From an uncultured Candidatus Saccharibacteria bacterium (lineage in GTDB: Bacteria > Patescibacteriota > Minisyncoccia > Phycocordibacterales > PALSA-1337): 64,000 nucleotides of DNA. The notes beneath the pieces were generated by a model, which saw only the letters and a list, made by a program, of their open reading frames with translations, had not been told where the DNA came from and searched no databases. Below, piece by piece: positions 19,806 through 28,890 of this stretch; within the stretch, counting starts at the first letter, position 1, and the number at the start of each line of letters is the position of its first letter. Both the position numbers and the translations under genes were made by a program. Where the stretch lies: positions 22,240 to 86,239 of the forward strand of contig CAYMGJ010000001.1 of the NCBI GenBank assembly GCA_964389975.1, read 5' to 3'.

Positions 19806-20696
19806 ATGAAAACAATCGAAAATAATACCGTTAAGCTCGTTAGTCACTTCCAACGTGGTGGTTGGGTCAGTCAATGGGATGGACAAAAGTTTGTCAAAGT
19901 CGCCAGTGCCGCGGAGAATACCTGGTATGACGATGGTGACGACTCAAAAGAAGTCGCCCTTCCCGAAGGTTTCAAGGGTGCGGTCGGTGAGTTCCATGGC
20001 GTGTCATCATCGGTCGCATTGGTTGGATTCACTGATGAGGAGCTCAATGCTCCCTCACCAGTTCAAGGTTGGGACAATGTTGGTGTTGGATTTCGTGCTG
20101 AAAGGTGCGAACTCATCAGGAACCTTGGGGATTACCTCAAGGCAATTGCCAACAACTCGTTCGTTGCCATTCCTGAAAAGGGTGACGTACACACAGTCTC
20201 CGGCAATCGCCTCGTCGAACTTCCGTTCGATTGGGGTGATCAAGCAGCAAATCACTATGCTATCATTTCGCCGAAAGGTGAAATTCTAAGCGAAGTGAGT
20301 GGCTGTGGCGATCAAGCCCCTTACCCGCTCAAGGCGGATATGACAAAGGACTGGGAGTTCTCCTCGTTGTTTGAGGACATGAATCGTAAAAACGAGCGTA
20401 ACAACGCCGCGTTCAAGGCGGGGTGGTCCGACAAGTGGCAGGAAGTCGCGAATCATCTTCGCTCTTGCTATAAGATGGGTCAAAACCCCCTGCCAACACT
20501 TCGCAAGAAGTATACTGGCAAATGGGTTTACCATCAGGCAGGAACATTGCCGGAAGATAGTGAAGTCGGGGAAGTCCGCTTCACCGAACTTCCCCAACGG
20601 GAGAACGAAACAGCGACAGCGCCGGACGGACACTCCAGTTTCTGGGGCAACGTTTGGAATCGCTGGCAGGTGAGTTACATCCCTGCAACGCTTTGA
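19806..20696 (+). CDS. Hypothetical protein, visibly GC-richer than core (island cassette 3)
   Basis: 296-aa ORF between a promoter/leader and a terminator. Confidence 0.75.
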   Translation: MKTIENNTVKLVSHFQRGGWVSQWDGQKFVKVASAAENTWYDDGDDSKEVALPEGFKGAVGEFHGVSSSVALVGFTDEELNAPSPVQGWDNVGVGFRAERCELIRNLGDYLKAIANNSFVAIPEKGDVHTVSGNRLVELPFDWGDQAANHYAIISPKGEILSEVSGCGDQAPYPLKADMTKDWEFSSLFEDMNRKNERNNAAFKAGWSDKWQEVANHLRSCYKMGQNPLPTLRKKYTGKWVYHQAGTLPEDSEVGEVRFTELPQRENETATAPDGHSSFWGNVWNRWQVSYIPATL

Positions 20697-20717
20697 AGGG
20701 CGTTCAACAAAATCTTC

Positions 20718-20747
20718 AACCCTCGAGCAATTTGGCTCGGGGGTTTT
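20718..20747 (+). terminator. Intrinsic terminator (CCCC-AGC family)
   Basis: AACCCTCGAGC/GCTCGGGGGTT followed by TT. Confidence 0.75.
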
Positions 20748-20824
20748 ATTATTCCAATTTTTTAAATATCACACTCCTCCACATCCTTAGTAAGGGCCAT
20801 TTAGCTAGAATTCAAGTATAGATA

Positions 20825-20853
20825 TTGACAAATCTATTATATAGTAGTACTAT
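20825..20853 (+). promoter_or_regulatory. Sigma70 promoter
   Basis: TTGACA-17 bp-TACTAT. Confidence 0.65.
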
Positions 20854-20958
20854 CAAGATCGGGTTCTTGGATAAAACCGAGGACAGATTGAATTAAAAAT
20901 AATACATGAAGTGAGAACTCAAACTAATTCTTTCTGCCTCAAAACAGAAAGGAATAGT

Positions 20959-21324
20959 GTGTGTGATCACCAGTCGCTAGTAGGTTACGAAGAGTATGCA
21001 TTCTTTGGTAGGAATTGTCTGTCCTGCCTAAACCCGGGGGAGACCTCACCCTACGATGCAGCTGTTAAATATGCTGCAAAGTTTCCGGGTGCTTGTGTGA
21101 TTGAGGAGAGGGATGGCTTTCGGATCTTTGGACCGAGTAAAATCAGTCTCTCATCTCTATCACAAGAGGATGTGGAGTTACTCGAGAGATTTGCAAGTGG
21201 GTCTGCTTTACCTCCTTTGTCAGAACATGACAGAAAGGTGCTTACAGATTTTCTCAGGACACCTCTTGAGGATCATATCGAAAGATGGAAAAAGAACATT
21301 CCCTGGAGGAATGAAGAAACGTAA
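20959..21324 (+). CDS. Hypothetical protein (island cassette 4)
   Basis: GAAAGGA SD before GTG 20959 (alternative start 20911). CxxC motif. Terminator at 21332-21361. Confidence 0.6.
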   Translation: MCDHQSLVGYEEYAFFGRNCLSCLNPGETSPYDAAVKYAAKFPGACVIEERDGFRIFGPSKISLSSLSQEDVELLERFASGSALPPLSEHDRKVLTDFLRTPLEDHIERWKKNIPWRNEET

Positions 21325-21410
21325 CTAAATTGGCCGTCACTCTGTGTGGCGGTCTCTTTTTATTTCAAAATTTTTAAAATGTGAATATCTCTGTTATATT
21401 GATTTAATAT

Positions 21411-22049
21411 ATGAAAAACTTAAAAAGTAGTTTTGTAGTCCAGATAATAATCACAATGATTATTATGGTTTTAATAGGTGGAGGAATATATTATGTAGTG
21501 GAATATAGATATTCAGAACCATCTACAGTAATGGAAGGTTTTTCTAATAATTTGATACCAACTAAGAAAAATATTGAAGTAGACACAAAGCAGGTCGTTG
21601 ATTCAGGTTCAAATACCTCATTGACTAAGATTTATAAAGATTCTAAATATTTCTTCACTGTAAATTACCCAAATACATGGATCGCCTCTAAGGGAGAGGA
21701 ATCAGATATGGGAGGTTTCCATTATACTCATTTTGGAGTTTCAAATATTTACGAAAAGCCATTTGTGTGGATTAGAGTCTATCCTAGACAGACCTCTCTG
21801 GATAACTTCCTAAGATATTATAAAGGATTATCTGGAATTTGGTCTGATACTGTTGTAGATGGAATTCCTGCTAAAAAACTTAATAACATAAATCAAGATA
21901 ATCAGGGAATAATACTGATTGCATTTGTTAAGGATGGATACGGTTACGACATAGCTTCTACAGCATTTGGGCAATATGGATCTGTAGCAAATGAGATGGC
22001 TCTAACCTTTAAATTTGCCTCATCAACAAATACAACCTCAGACGAATAA
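21411..22049 (+). CDS. Membrane-anchored extracytoplasmic protein (PsbP-like fold suspected)
   Basis: N-terminal TM helix. YKDSKYFFTVNYPNTW and VDGIPA motifs. Confidence 0.65.
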   Translation: MKNLKSSFVVQIIITMIIMVLIGGGIYYVVEYRYSEPSTVMEGFSNNLIPTKKNIEVDTKQVVDSGSNTSLTKIYKDSKYFFTVNYPNTWIASKGEESDMGGFHYTHFGVSNIYEKPFVWIRVYPRQTSLDNFLRYYKGLSGIWSDTVVDGIPAKKLNNINQDNQGIILIAFVKDGYGYDIASTAFGQYGSVANEMALTFKFASSTNTTSDE

Positions 22050-22136
22050 ATTCTGGTCCAGTATAATAATGTAGTTCTTCTACCCAAAGAGTCCTACAAT
22101 TCCTCATAAAAGGGTAGTTCTGGTATACTAGTGCCT

Positions 22137-23510
22137 ATGACACCCACCATTTTCATCATTTTCGGTATTACTGGTGACCTTGCAGGACGTAAGCTTCTTC
22201 CCGCTCTTCTCAATCTCTATGTTAAAAAACAATTACCTTCAAAGTTTGCTATCGTAGGATTTTCTCGTAAAACATTTTCCAAAGAAGAATTTCGTAGCTT
22301 CATTCGAGATCATATGCAGATTCGTCCTGGAGAATTTAAGGAAGAAGATGTTAAACACTTCATTGATCATATGAGTTATGAACAAGGTTTCTTTGATCGT
22401 CCAGAATCATATGCTAATCTCCTTAAACGTCTTGAATTTATCGATCAAGGATTTCGTCAATGTTCGAACAAATTGTTCCACCTTTCAATTCCACCAACTC
22501 TCTATGAATCTATCTTTACCCATCTTGCTGAATCAGGACTCACTGTTCCATGTATTGGAGATGAAGGATGGACACGTGTGCTTGTAGAAAAACCATTTGG
22601 AAATGATATTGAAACAGCAAAGAAGCTCGAGAAGCTTCTTGGAGAACTTTTTCAAGAATCTCAAATATTCCGTATCGATCACTATCTCGCAAAGGAAGCA
22701 CTTCAGAATATCATTGCATTCCGTTTTGCAAACTCACTTTTTGAACCACTATGGAATCGGAATCATATAGAGAGGGTACATATAAAGTTATTAGAAAAGA
22801 TTCCTGTAGGAAGTCGTGGTGCTTTCTATGACAAGATTGGAGCCCTTAAAGACGTGGGGCAAAACCATATGCTTCAGATGCTTGCTCTCATTGCTATGGA
22901 CAAGCCAGAAAGTCTTGAGGCATCGTTTCTTCGTAAAGAGAGAGCAAAGATTCTCAAGAATCTTAAACCTTTCACTCAAAAGAGTATTGCAGGAGGAGCA
23001 GTGCGTGGTCAGTATGAGGGGTATCGTTCTGAACCAGGGGTATCAGAACATTCTCAAACTGAAACATATTTCAGATTAGAAACATATATTGAGACATCAC
23101 GTTGGAAAAATGTCCCTTTCTATCTCGAAAGTGGTAAATCATTAGCAGAAACAAAAACTGAGATTGATGTATATTTCAAAAATGAAGAAGGGGAATCTCG
23201 ACAGAATATCCTCACCTTCCGTATTCAGCCTGATGAGGGTATCAAGATACGTTTCTGGGTAAAGACACCTGGCTTTGGTCTTGATGTTGAGCCTAAGACA
23301 CTTAAGTTCCGTTACAGTGATTTCCCTTCACTCTCTGATCTTCCTGATGCATATGAACATGTTCTCTATGATGCCATCATTGGAGATCAAACTCTCTTTA
23401 CAAGTACTGATGAGGTTCTCTCAGCATGGAAATATATTACCCCCATTATCAATCTCTGGAATATTGTTCCTCTAACATCGTACAAGAAGGGTTCAGTGGA
23501 TGTGATATAA
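22137..23510 (+). CDS. zwf: Glucose-6-phosphate 1-dehydrogenase
   Basis: GITGDLA, EKPFG, RIDHYLAKE, QNH. Confidence 0.96.
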   Translation: MTPTIFIIFGITGDLAGRKLLPALLNLYVKKQLPSKFAIVGFSRKTFSKEEFRSFIRDHMQIRPGEFKEEDVKHFIDHMSYEQGFFDRPESYANLLKRLEFIDQGFRQCSNKLFHLSIPPTLYESIFTHLAESGLTVPCIGDEGWTRVLVEKPFGNDIETAKKLEKLLGELFQESQIFRIDHYLAKEALQNIIAFRFANSLFEPLWNRNHIERVHIKLLEKIPVGSRGAFYDKIGALKDVGQNHMLQMLALIAMDKPESLEASFLRKERAKILKNLKPFTQKSIAGGAVRGQYEGYRSEPGVSEHSQTETYFRLETYIETSRWKNVPFYLESGKSLAETKTEIDVYFKNEEGESRQNILTFRIQPDEGIKIRFWVKTPGFGLDVEPKTLKFRYSDFPSLSDLPDAYEHVLYDAIIGDQTLFTSTDEVLSAWKYITPIINLWNIVPLTSYKKGSVDVI

Positions 23511-23544
23511 TGCTACAAAATTATTTATTTAATCAACGACATAT

Positions 23545-23772
23545 ATGTTTCAAAGTTTTCTGTTAAAGACCATGCTCAAGAAGCAGATGAAAGGAGTTCC
23601 ACAAGAACAACAAGATCAGATTTTCGCTATGATTGAAAAGAATCCTGATTTTTTTATGAAAATCGCTCAAGAGGCACAGGAAAAGATAAAGGGAGGGATG
23701 CCGCAACAGCAAGCAATGATGGCTGTTATGCAGGCACATGAGAAAGAACTTCGTGAAGTGATGGGGAAATAG
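23545..23772 (+). CDS. Small helical hypothetical protein
   Basis: Q/M/K-rich ORF with host-like codon usage. Confidence 0.7.
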   Translation: MFQSFLLKTMLKKQMKGVPQEQQDQIFAMIEKNPDFFMKIAQEAQEKIKGGMPQQQAMMAVMQAHEKELREVMGK

Positions 23773-23817
23773 GGGATTGACAGAGGAAGGTTCTCCCCAC
23801 TATACTTATCTCCAGTT

Positions 23818-24147
23818 ATGCTCGTCGTTAGATTGATGTGTTTGATGTATATCGGCGGTATCGCTGGTGAAGATCGGATTTCGTCTCGTTATGACGATAT
23901 CCACGCATGGGTATTTGCTCAAAGCGATGTCTATCGCTCGTATGGACCTCCACCAGATTCACTGTTTCTTAGAGTACCAGTCGAACAGGTTTTTCGTGTC
24001 ATGCATCCAGATGCATGTCCAGTTCGTTCGACACCCGTCATCGTTCCGTTTCAAGGGATTACACTCCCTCATCAATCATCTCAACAGATGATTCCGTATC
24101 GTTACCGCAGGTGTATCGCCCAAGACTGGGTGCCTCCTCCGGTATGA
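23818..24147 (+). CDS. Hypothetical protein (ORFan cassette)
   Basis: TTGACA...TATACT promoter directly upstream. Terminator at 24187-24218. Confidence 0.5.
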   Translation: MLVVRLMCLMYIGGIAGEDRISSRYDDIHAWVFAQSDVYRSYGPPPDSLFLRVPVEQVFRVMHPDACPVRSTPVIVPFQGITLPHQSSQQMIPYRYRRCIAQDWVPPPV

Positions 24148-24268
24148 AAGGTTTGCGTTTTTGTTTTTGGTTTTTTGCTTAAGGATAGCGGCTCTCCACC
24201 AGGGGGAGCCGCTTTTTCGTTCCATATGTAGTGTATACTTTATTACTAGAGGAAAGGAGGTGATACGT

Positions 24269-24502
24269 ATGAAAGATGATGAAGAAACAATGCTTGAACC
24301 CTATGTGGATTTCTTTGTTGAAATAGAAGGGGCATTGACTGCTCATCCATCGAAGGAAGAGATTGCTCGAAAGTGTCGAAGAATTATTCTCACAGGTGTC
24401 AAAGAAGATAAACATCCTTCAGGTCCAGCTATTCTCCAAAGAGTTCTTGCTCAACACAGACCATCTGTCCGTGATTCGCGACCAGTAAGGTTTGTCTCTT
24501 AG
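24269..24502 (+). CDS. Hypothetical protein (ORFan cassette)
   Basis: Perfect SD AAGGAGGTGA at 24254-24263. Terminator at ~24515-24546. Confidence 0.6.
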   Translation: MKDDEETMLEPYVDFFVEIEGALTAHPSKEEIARKCRRIILTGVKEDKHPSGPAILQRVLAQHRPSVRDSRPVRFVS

Positions 24503-24592
24503 TCATCATCAAGACTCCGGTCACATACTTGTGGCCGGGGTTCTTTGTACCCAATCTAGCCCCAAATCAACACGTATGCTACACTCTCTACC

Positions 24593-25690
24593 ATGTCACT
24601 ATCAATCGGAATTGTAGGTCTGCCAAATGTTGGTAAATCAACATTGTTTGTCGCCCTTACCAAAAAAAGTGTTCTCATTGCAAACTATCCCTTCGCTACC
24701 ATTGATCCTTCAGTGGGTGTTGTTCCTGTGCCTGATGAGCGTCTCCATACTCTCGCTGCATTCTCTCAGACACAGAAAACTGTGCCTGCAATCGTTGAAT
24801 TCGTTGATATTGCCGGTCTTGTAAAAGGTGCGTCTGATGGGGAGGGACTTGGTAATCAATTCCTCACTAATATCAGAGAAACAGATGCAATTGCTCATGT
24901 TGTTCGTATTTTCGAAGATGATAACATCATCCATGTTGATGGGAAGATACATCCGATAAAAGATATTGAGGTTATAAATCTCGAACTCATTCTTGCTGAT
25001 CTTCAGACAGTTACGAAGCGACTCTCGAATCTTCAAAAGGAAGTGAAAGCGGGAAAGAAGGAAGCACTTCTTGAATCCTCACTTCTTGAAAAGATTAAGG
25101 TTGCTCTTGAAGCAGGAAGATTAGCACAAACAGTAGACATGACTGATATGGAGAAACCATTTCTAAAGTCTATGCATCTCCTTACTGCTAAACCTATGAT
25201 GTATGTACTTAACAAGAAAGCAGGAGGAAAGAATCTTGATGAGGTTAATGATGAGAGGTATCAAGCACTCATCTCATTTTTCAATGAAAACAAAGCAAAG
25301 TGGGTTATCGTCGATGCTGGTATTGAACATGAACTTAAAGATCTTGAAGACAAAGACAAGAAAGAACTTCGAGAAGGACTTGGATCACAGGATGATGGTA
25401 TTGATAACTTGATACGTAAGGGATACGAACTCCTCAATCTCATCACCTATTTCACAACAGGGGAGAAAGAAACCCGTGCTTGGACTATTGGACGTGGTTG
25501 GACAGCACCAGAAGCTGGTACCGCTATTCACAATGACTTTAAAGACAAGTTCATCCGTGCAGAAGTAATTGAGTGGGATAAACTCATTGAAGCAGGATCA
25601 TTTGCTCAAGCTCGAGAGAAAGGACTTATACGAACAGAAGGGAAGGAATATATTGTAAAGGATGGTGATGTGATGGAGTTTAAGGTGTAG
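24593..25690 (+). CDS. ychF: Ribosome-binding ATPase YchF
   Basis: GLPNVGKST, NYPFATI, DIAGLV, TGS-domain EGKEYIVKDGD. Confidence 0.97.
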   Translation: MSLSIGIVGLPNVGKSTLFVALTKKSVLIANYPFATIDPSVGVVPVPDERLHTLAAFSQTQKTVPAIVEFVDIAGLVKGASDGEGLGNQFLTNIRETDAIAHVVRIFEDDNIIHVDGKIHPIKDIEVINLELILADLQTVTKRLSNLQKEVKAGKKEALLESSLLEKIKVALEAGRLAQTVDMTDMEKPFLKSMHLLTAKPMMYVLNKKAGGKNLDEVNDERYQALISFFNENKAKWVIVDAGIEHELKDLEDKDKKELREGLGSQDDGIDNLIRKGYELLNLITYFTTGEKETRAWTIGRGWTAPEAGTAIHNDFKDKFIRAEVIEWDKLIEAGSFAQAREKGLIRTEGKEYIVKDGDVMEFKV

Positions 25691-25692
25691 AC

Positions 25693-25978
25693 AAAAAGTT
25701 AGCCCGACAACTTTCGTTGCCGGGCCCTGATTCCGCCTCTAGGAGATCAGTGGGCGTAACCTCTTGAAGAGGGATGATACCTTTACTTAAAGATTATCAC
25801 AGAAGATGGTGATGCGATAGAGTTTAAGATTTAGGTAAAAGAAAAGGTCGCAATGCCACGGAAAGTATATTATCCGCAACATCCGACCCGGTGAGTTACA
25901 AGGCATTCGTCAGTACAAGCACTGCTTGATTTTTGACTCAGTCATCGGGCCAGGTATCTAATCCGACCTTTTGCAACT
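25693..25978 (-). ncRNA. Candidate stand-alone structured ncRNA (~285 nt)
   Basis: Extended -10 TGGTATCAT (25993-25985), multiple helices with minus-strand G-U pairs, and a GAAA-capped terminator at 25725-25693. Confidence 0.55.
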
Positions 25979-26215
25979 ATGTTCATGATACCATGAAAAA
26001 GACTTAGGTCTTATAGGGCTCAAAATTCAAACACACATAGCAAATATACACAATATATATAAGATATAGTCAATACAGCACATCAAGCCCTTAACCATGG
26101 GCTACGATAGGAAATGGGGGTCTGTCAATAGTCCTGTGGATTATAAAAACATTGTCAAAAGGGGATAAAGGAGTACCATTTCTCCTTGGGTAAGCTTCAA
26201 TAATTAGTTCATTTT

Positions 26216-26377
26216 ATGTTAGACCTCACTTTCAATGCGTTCATTGCAGTGGCCATATTTTTCGGGTTGTCAGGTCTGATATTCATTGGATATCGATCTT
26301 CCACTCGAATCATTTCGTGGTTTCTGCTTTCAGGTGGTTGGATGGCAGCACTTCTCCGTACTCTTGGTAATTTTTAA
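26216..26377 (+). CDS. 53-aa two-TM small protein (below the ORF-track cut-off)
   Basis: MLDLTFNAFIAVAIFFGLSGLIFIGYRSSTRIISWFLLSGGWMAALLRTLGNF*. Followed by a long terminator. Confidence 0.6.
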   Translation: MLDLTFNAFIAVAIFFGLSGLIFIGYRSSTRIISWFLLSGGWMAALLRTLGNF

Positions 26378-26407
26378 CATCCCGGAAGTTCCCCGGCGAT
26401 GTAACAG

Positions 26408-26475
26408 GTCCCAGCTCATTGATCACACTCACGATTATGCGTTTCGTGATGGTGGGAGAGCTGGGACTCTTTTTT
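26408..26475 (+). terminator. Long-stem intrinsic terminator
   Basis: GTCCCAGCTC/GAGCTGGGAC outer stem, TCACGA/TCGTGA inner stem, then TCTTTTTT. Confidence 0.7.
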
Positions 26476-26519
26476 ATATCTGGAAATATCTCCATTTCTG
26501 TTGTATGATGACAATCACT

Positions 26520-28826
26520 ATGAACCAATATGATCATATAAAAATTGAGAAGAAGTGGCAGAAACATTGGGAATCAAAGAAGGTAAACAAAGTAAAAGAG
26601 GATTCAAAGAAAAAGAAATTCTTTGCTCTCGTTGAATTTCCATATCCATCAGGATCAGGTCTTCATGTTGGTCATATTCGTAGCAATACAGCAATGGATA
26701 TCATTGTTCGTAAACGTCGTCGTGAGGGGTATAACGTGCTATACCCCATGGGTTGGGATGCATTTGGTCTTCCCACTGAAAACTATGCGATAAAGACAGG
26801 GATATCTCCTCATATAGTAACGAAACAAAATACTGATATATTTCGAAAGCAGTTAAAGTCTCTCGGTTTTTCTTTTGATTGGTCTCGAGAGATTGATACA
26901 ACTGATCCTGCATACTACAAATGGACTCAGTGGATATTTCTCCAGTTTCTCAAGAAAGGTTTGGCATACAAAAAGAAGATGAGTATCAATTGGTGTCCTA
27001 AAGATCTCATTGGTCTTGCTAATGAAGAGGTAATACAAGGTTGTTGTGAACGCTGTGGAACTCCTGTAGAGAAGAAGGAGAAGGAACAGTGGATGCTTGC
27101 CATCACAGAGTATGCCGATCGTCTTGATGGGGATCTCGATGATACAGATTTTCTAGAAAAAATTAAAATACAGCAAAGAAATTGGATAGGGAAAAGTGAG
27201 GGGGCTGAAATTGATTTCCCTGTAATTGGAGGTGAGGAAAAAATACGAGTATTTACAACTCGAATTGATACCATTCATGGTGTTACCTATGTTGTACTTG
27301 CCCCAGAACATCCTCTTGTTGAGAAGCTTATGCCACGTATTGAAAACAAGGAAGAGGTTCGTGCATATATTTCTCATATTCGTACAAAAACTGATATACA
27401 GAGAACTGATGCAACATCAGAGAAGACGGGTGTGGCTCTCAAGGGTATTATGGTTACAAACCTTGTTCAAGGGGAACATATTCCTGTGTGGATTGCTGAC
27501 TATGCTCTTCTTGATTATGGTACAGGGGCAGTTATGGCTGTACCTGCATATGATGAACGAGACAAGATGTTTGCGGAAAAGTATGGACTTCCTGTTCGTG
27601 ATGTCCCTCTTGAGAACAAAGAAGAGATGGTAAAGAAATATGGAACATCAGTTGTTAAGTACAAGCTTCGAGATTGGATATTCTCTCGTCAGAGATACTG
27701 GGGTGAGCCGATTCCTGTAGTGCACTGTGCTTCATGTGGTATTGTCCCCGTACCCGAGAAGAATCTCCCCGTAAAGCTCCCTAGGGTTAAGAATTATGCT
27801 CCAACAGAGACAGGAGAATCTCCTCTCTCACTTATCGATTCATGGGTTAACACCAAGTGTCCTCAGTGTAAGGGAAAGGCACGACGAGAAACAGATACCA
27901 TGCCTAATTGGGCAGGTTCAAGCTGGTACTATCTCCGCTATACCGATCCAAAAAACAAGAAAGCATTTGCATCGAAGAACAATCTTGAATATTGGACTCC
28001 TGTTGATTGGTACAATGGAGGGATGGAACATACAACACTTCATTTGTTGTATTCACGTTTCTGGCATAAGTTTTTGTTTGATATTGGACTTGTTCCAACT
28101 AAAGAACCATATCAGAAGAGAACTTCACATGGACTCATCCTTGCTCAAGGGGGAGAGAAGATGTCGAAGTCAAAGGGAAATGTTGTTAATCCTGATGAGA
28201 TTGTAAAAACTGTTGGTGCAGACACACTTCGTATTCATGAAATGTTTATGGGGCCATTTGATCAAGCTATCGCATGGGATATGGATAGTATTGCGGGATC
28301 ACGAAGATTCATTGAACGAATGTGGAAACTTCAAGAAAAGGTAAAGAGTGAAGTACCCCTGGATGAGAAACTTGAGACAGTACTTCACAAGACCATTCAG
28401 AAAGTATCCGATGACATTGAAGGTATGAGATTCAACACTGCAATCAGTGCAATGATGATTGCACTTAATGAATGTGAGTCTCGAGATTCTCTACGAAAAG
28501 AGCATTATGAGATTATGCTACAACTTCTCGCTCCATTTGCCCCTCATGTTACTGAAGAAATCTGGTCGAATCTTAAGAACAAGATTTCAATCCATCAAAC
28601 TCCTTGGCCTGTTCCTGATCCTTCTAAGATGATGAGTGCTACTACCACGATCGTAGTGCAGGTTAATAGCAAGGTTAAGGCACGATTTGAGGCGTCACGA
28701 GATATGTCTGAAGAAGAAATAACTTCCAAAGCTCGTATGCTTCCTGAAATCGAAAAAGCTCTTGCAGGTAAGACTGTCCTTAAAACCATTGTTGTTAAGG
28801 GTAAATTGGTCAATTTCGTGGCTTAA
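26520..28826 (+). CDS. leuS: Leucine--tRNA ligase
   Basis: FPYPSG.LHVGH, WDAFGLP, SRQRYWG, KMSKS. Real start MNQYDHIKIEKKWQ. Confidence 0.97.
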   Translation: MNQYDHIKIEKKWQKHWESKKVNKVKEDSKKKKFFALVEFPYPSGSGLHVGHIRSNTAMDIIVRKRRREGYNVLYPMGWDAFGLPTENYAIKTGISPHIVTKQNTDIFRKQLKSLGFSFDWSREIDTTDPAYYKWTQWIFLQFLKKGLAYKKKMSINWCPKDLIGLANEEVIQGCCERCGTPVEKKEKEQWMLAITEYADRLDGDLDDTDFLEKIKIQQRNWIGKSEGAEIDFPVIGGEEKIRVFTTRIDTIHGVTYVVLAPEHPLVEKLMPRIENKEEVRAYISHIRTKTDIQRTDATSEKTGVALKGIMVTNLVQGEHIPVWIADYALLDYGTGAVMAVPAYDERDKMFAEKYGLPVRDVPLENKEEMVKKYGTSVVKYKLRDWIFSRQRYWGEPIPVVHCASCGIVPVPEKNLPVKLPRVKNYAPTETGESPLSLIDSWVNTKCPQCKGKARRETDTMPNWAGSSWYYLRYTDPKNKKAFASKNNLEYWTPVDWYNGGMEHTTLHLLYSRFWHKFLFDIGLVPTKEPYQKRTSHGLILAQGGEKMSKSKGNVVNPDEIVKTVGADTLRIHEMFMGPFDQAIAWDMDSIAGSRRFIERMWKLQEKVKSEVPLDEKLETVLHKTIQKVSDDIEGMRFNTAISAMMIALNECESRDSLRKEHYEIMLQLLAPFAPHVTEEIWSNLKNKISIHQTPWPVPDPSKMMSATTTIVVQVNSKVKARFEASRDMSEEEITSKARMLPEIEKALAGKTVLKTIVVKGKLVNFVA

Positions 28827-28890
28827 ATCAAGCTCTATTGACAATATATTGCGCTTAATGTAGTATGAAAACTATCTAATTATTATTTGT

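Noticed and set aside
17960-22065. attR-like copies of the tRNA-Ala 3' end (AGGAGAGGTTCGAAT ~17968; GGTCCA ~22055)
   Set aside because: The matches are too short or gapped to distinguish from chance.
25895-25925. CTGACGA (hammerhead core CUGANGA) in the minus-strand RNA
   Set aside because: No GAAA after a plausible stem II and no stem III/UH arrangement.
26378-26519. T-box riboswitch upstream of leuS
   Set aside because: No TGGNACC T-box sequence or stem I motifs. The hairpin fits the terminator of the small upstream ORF, and leuS has its own -10.
26286-26519. 78-aa N-terminal extension of LeuS in the ORF track
   Set aside because: It runs through another ORF and a terminator. LeuS similarity starts at ATG 26520.
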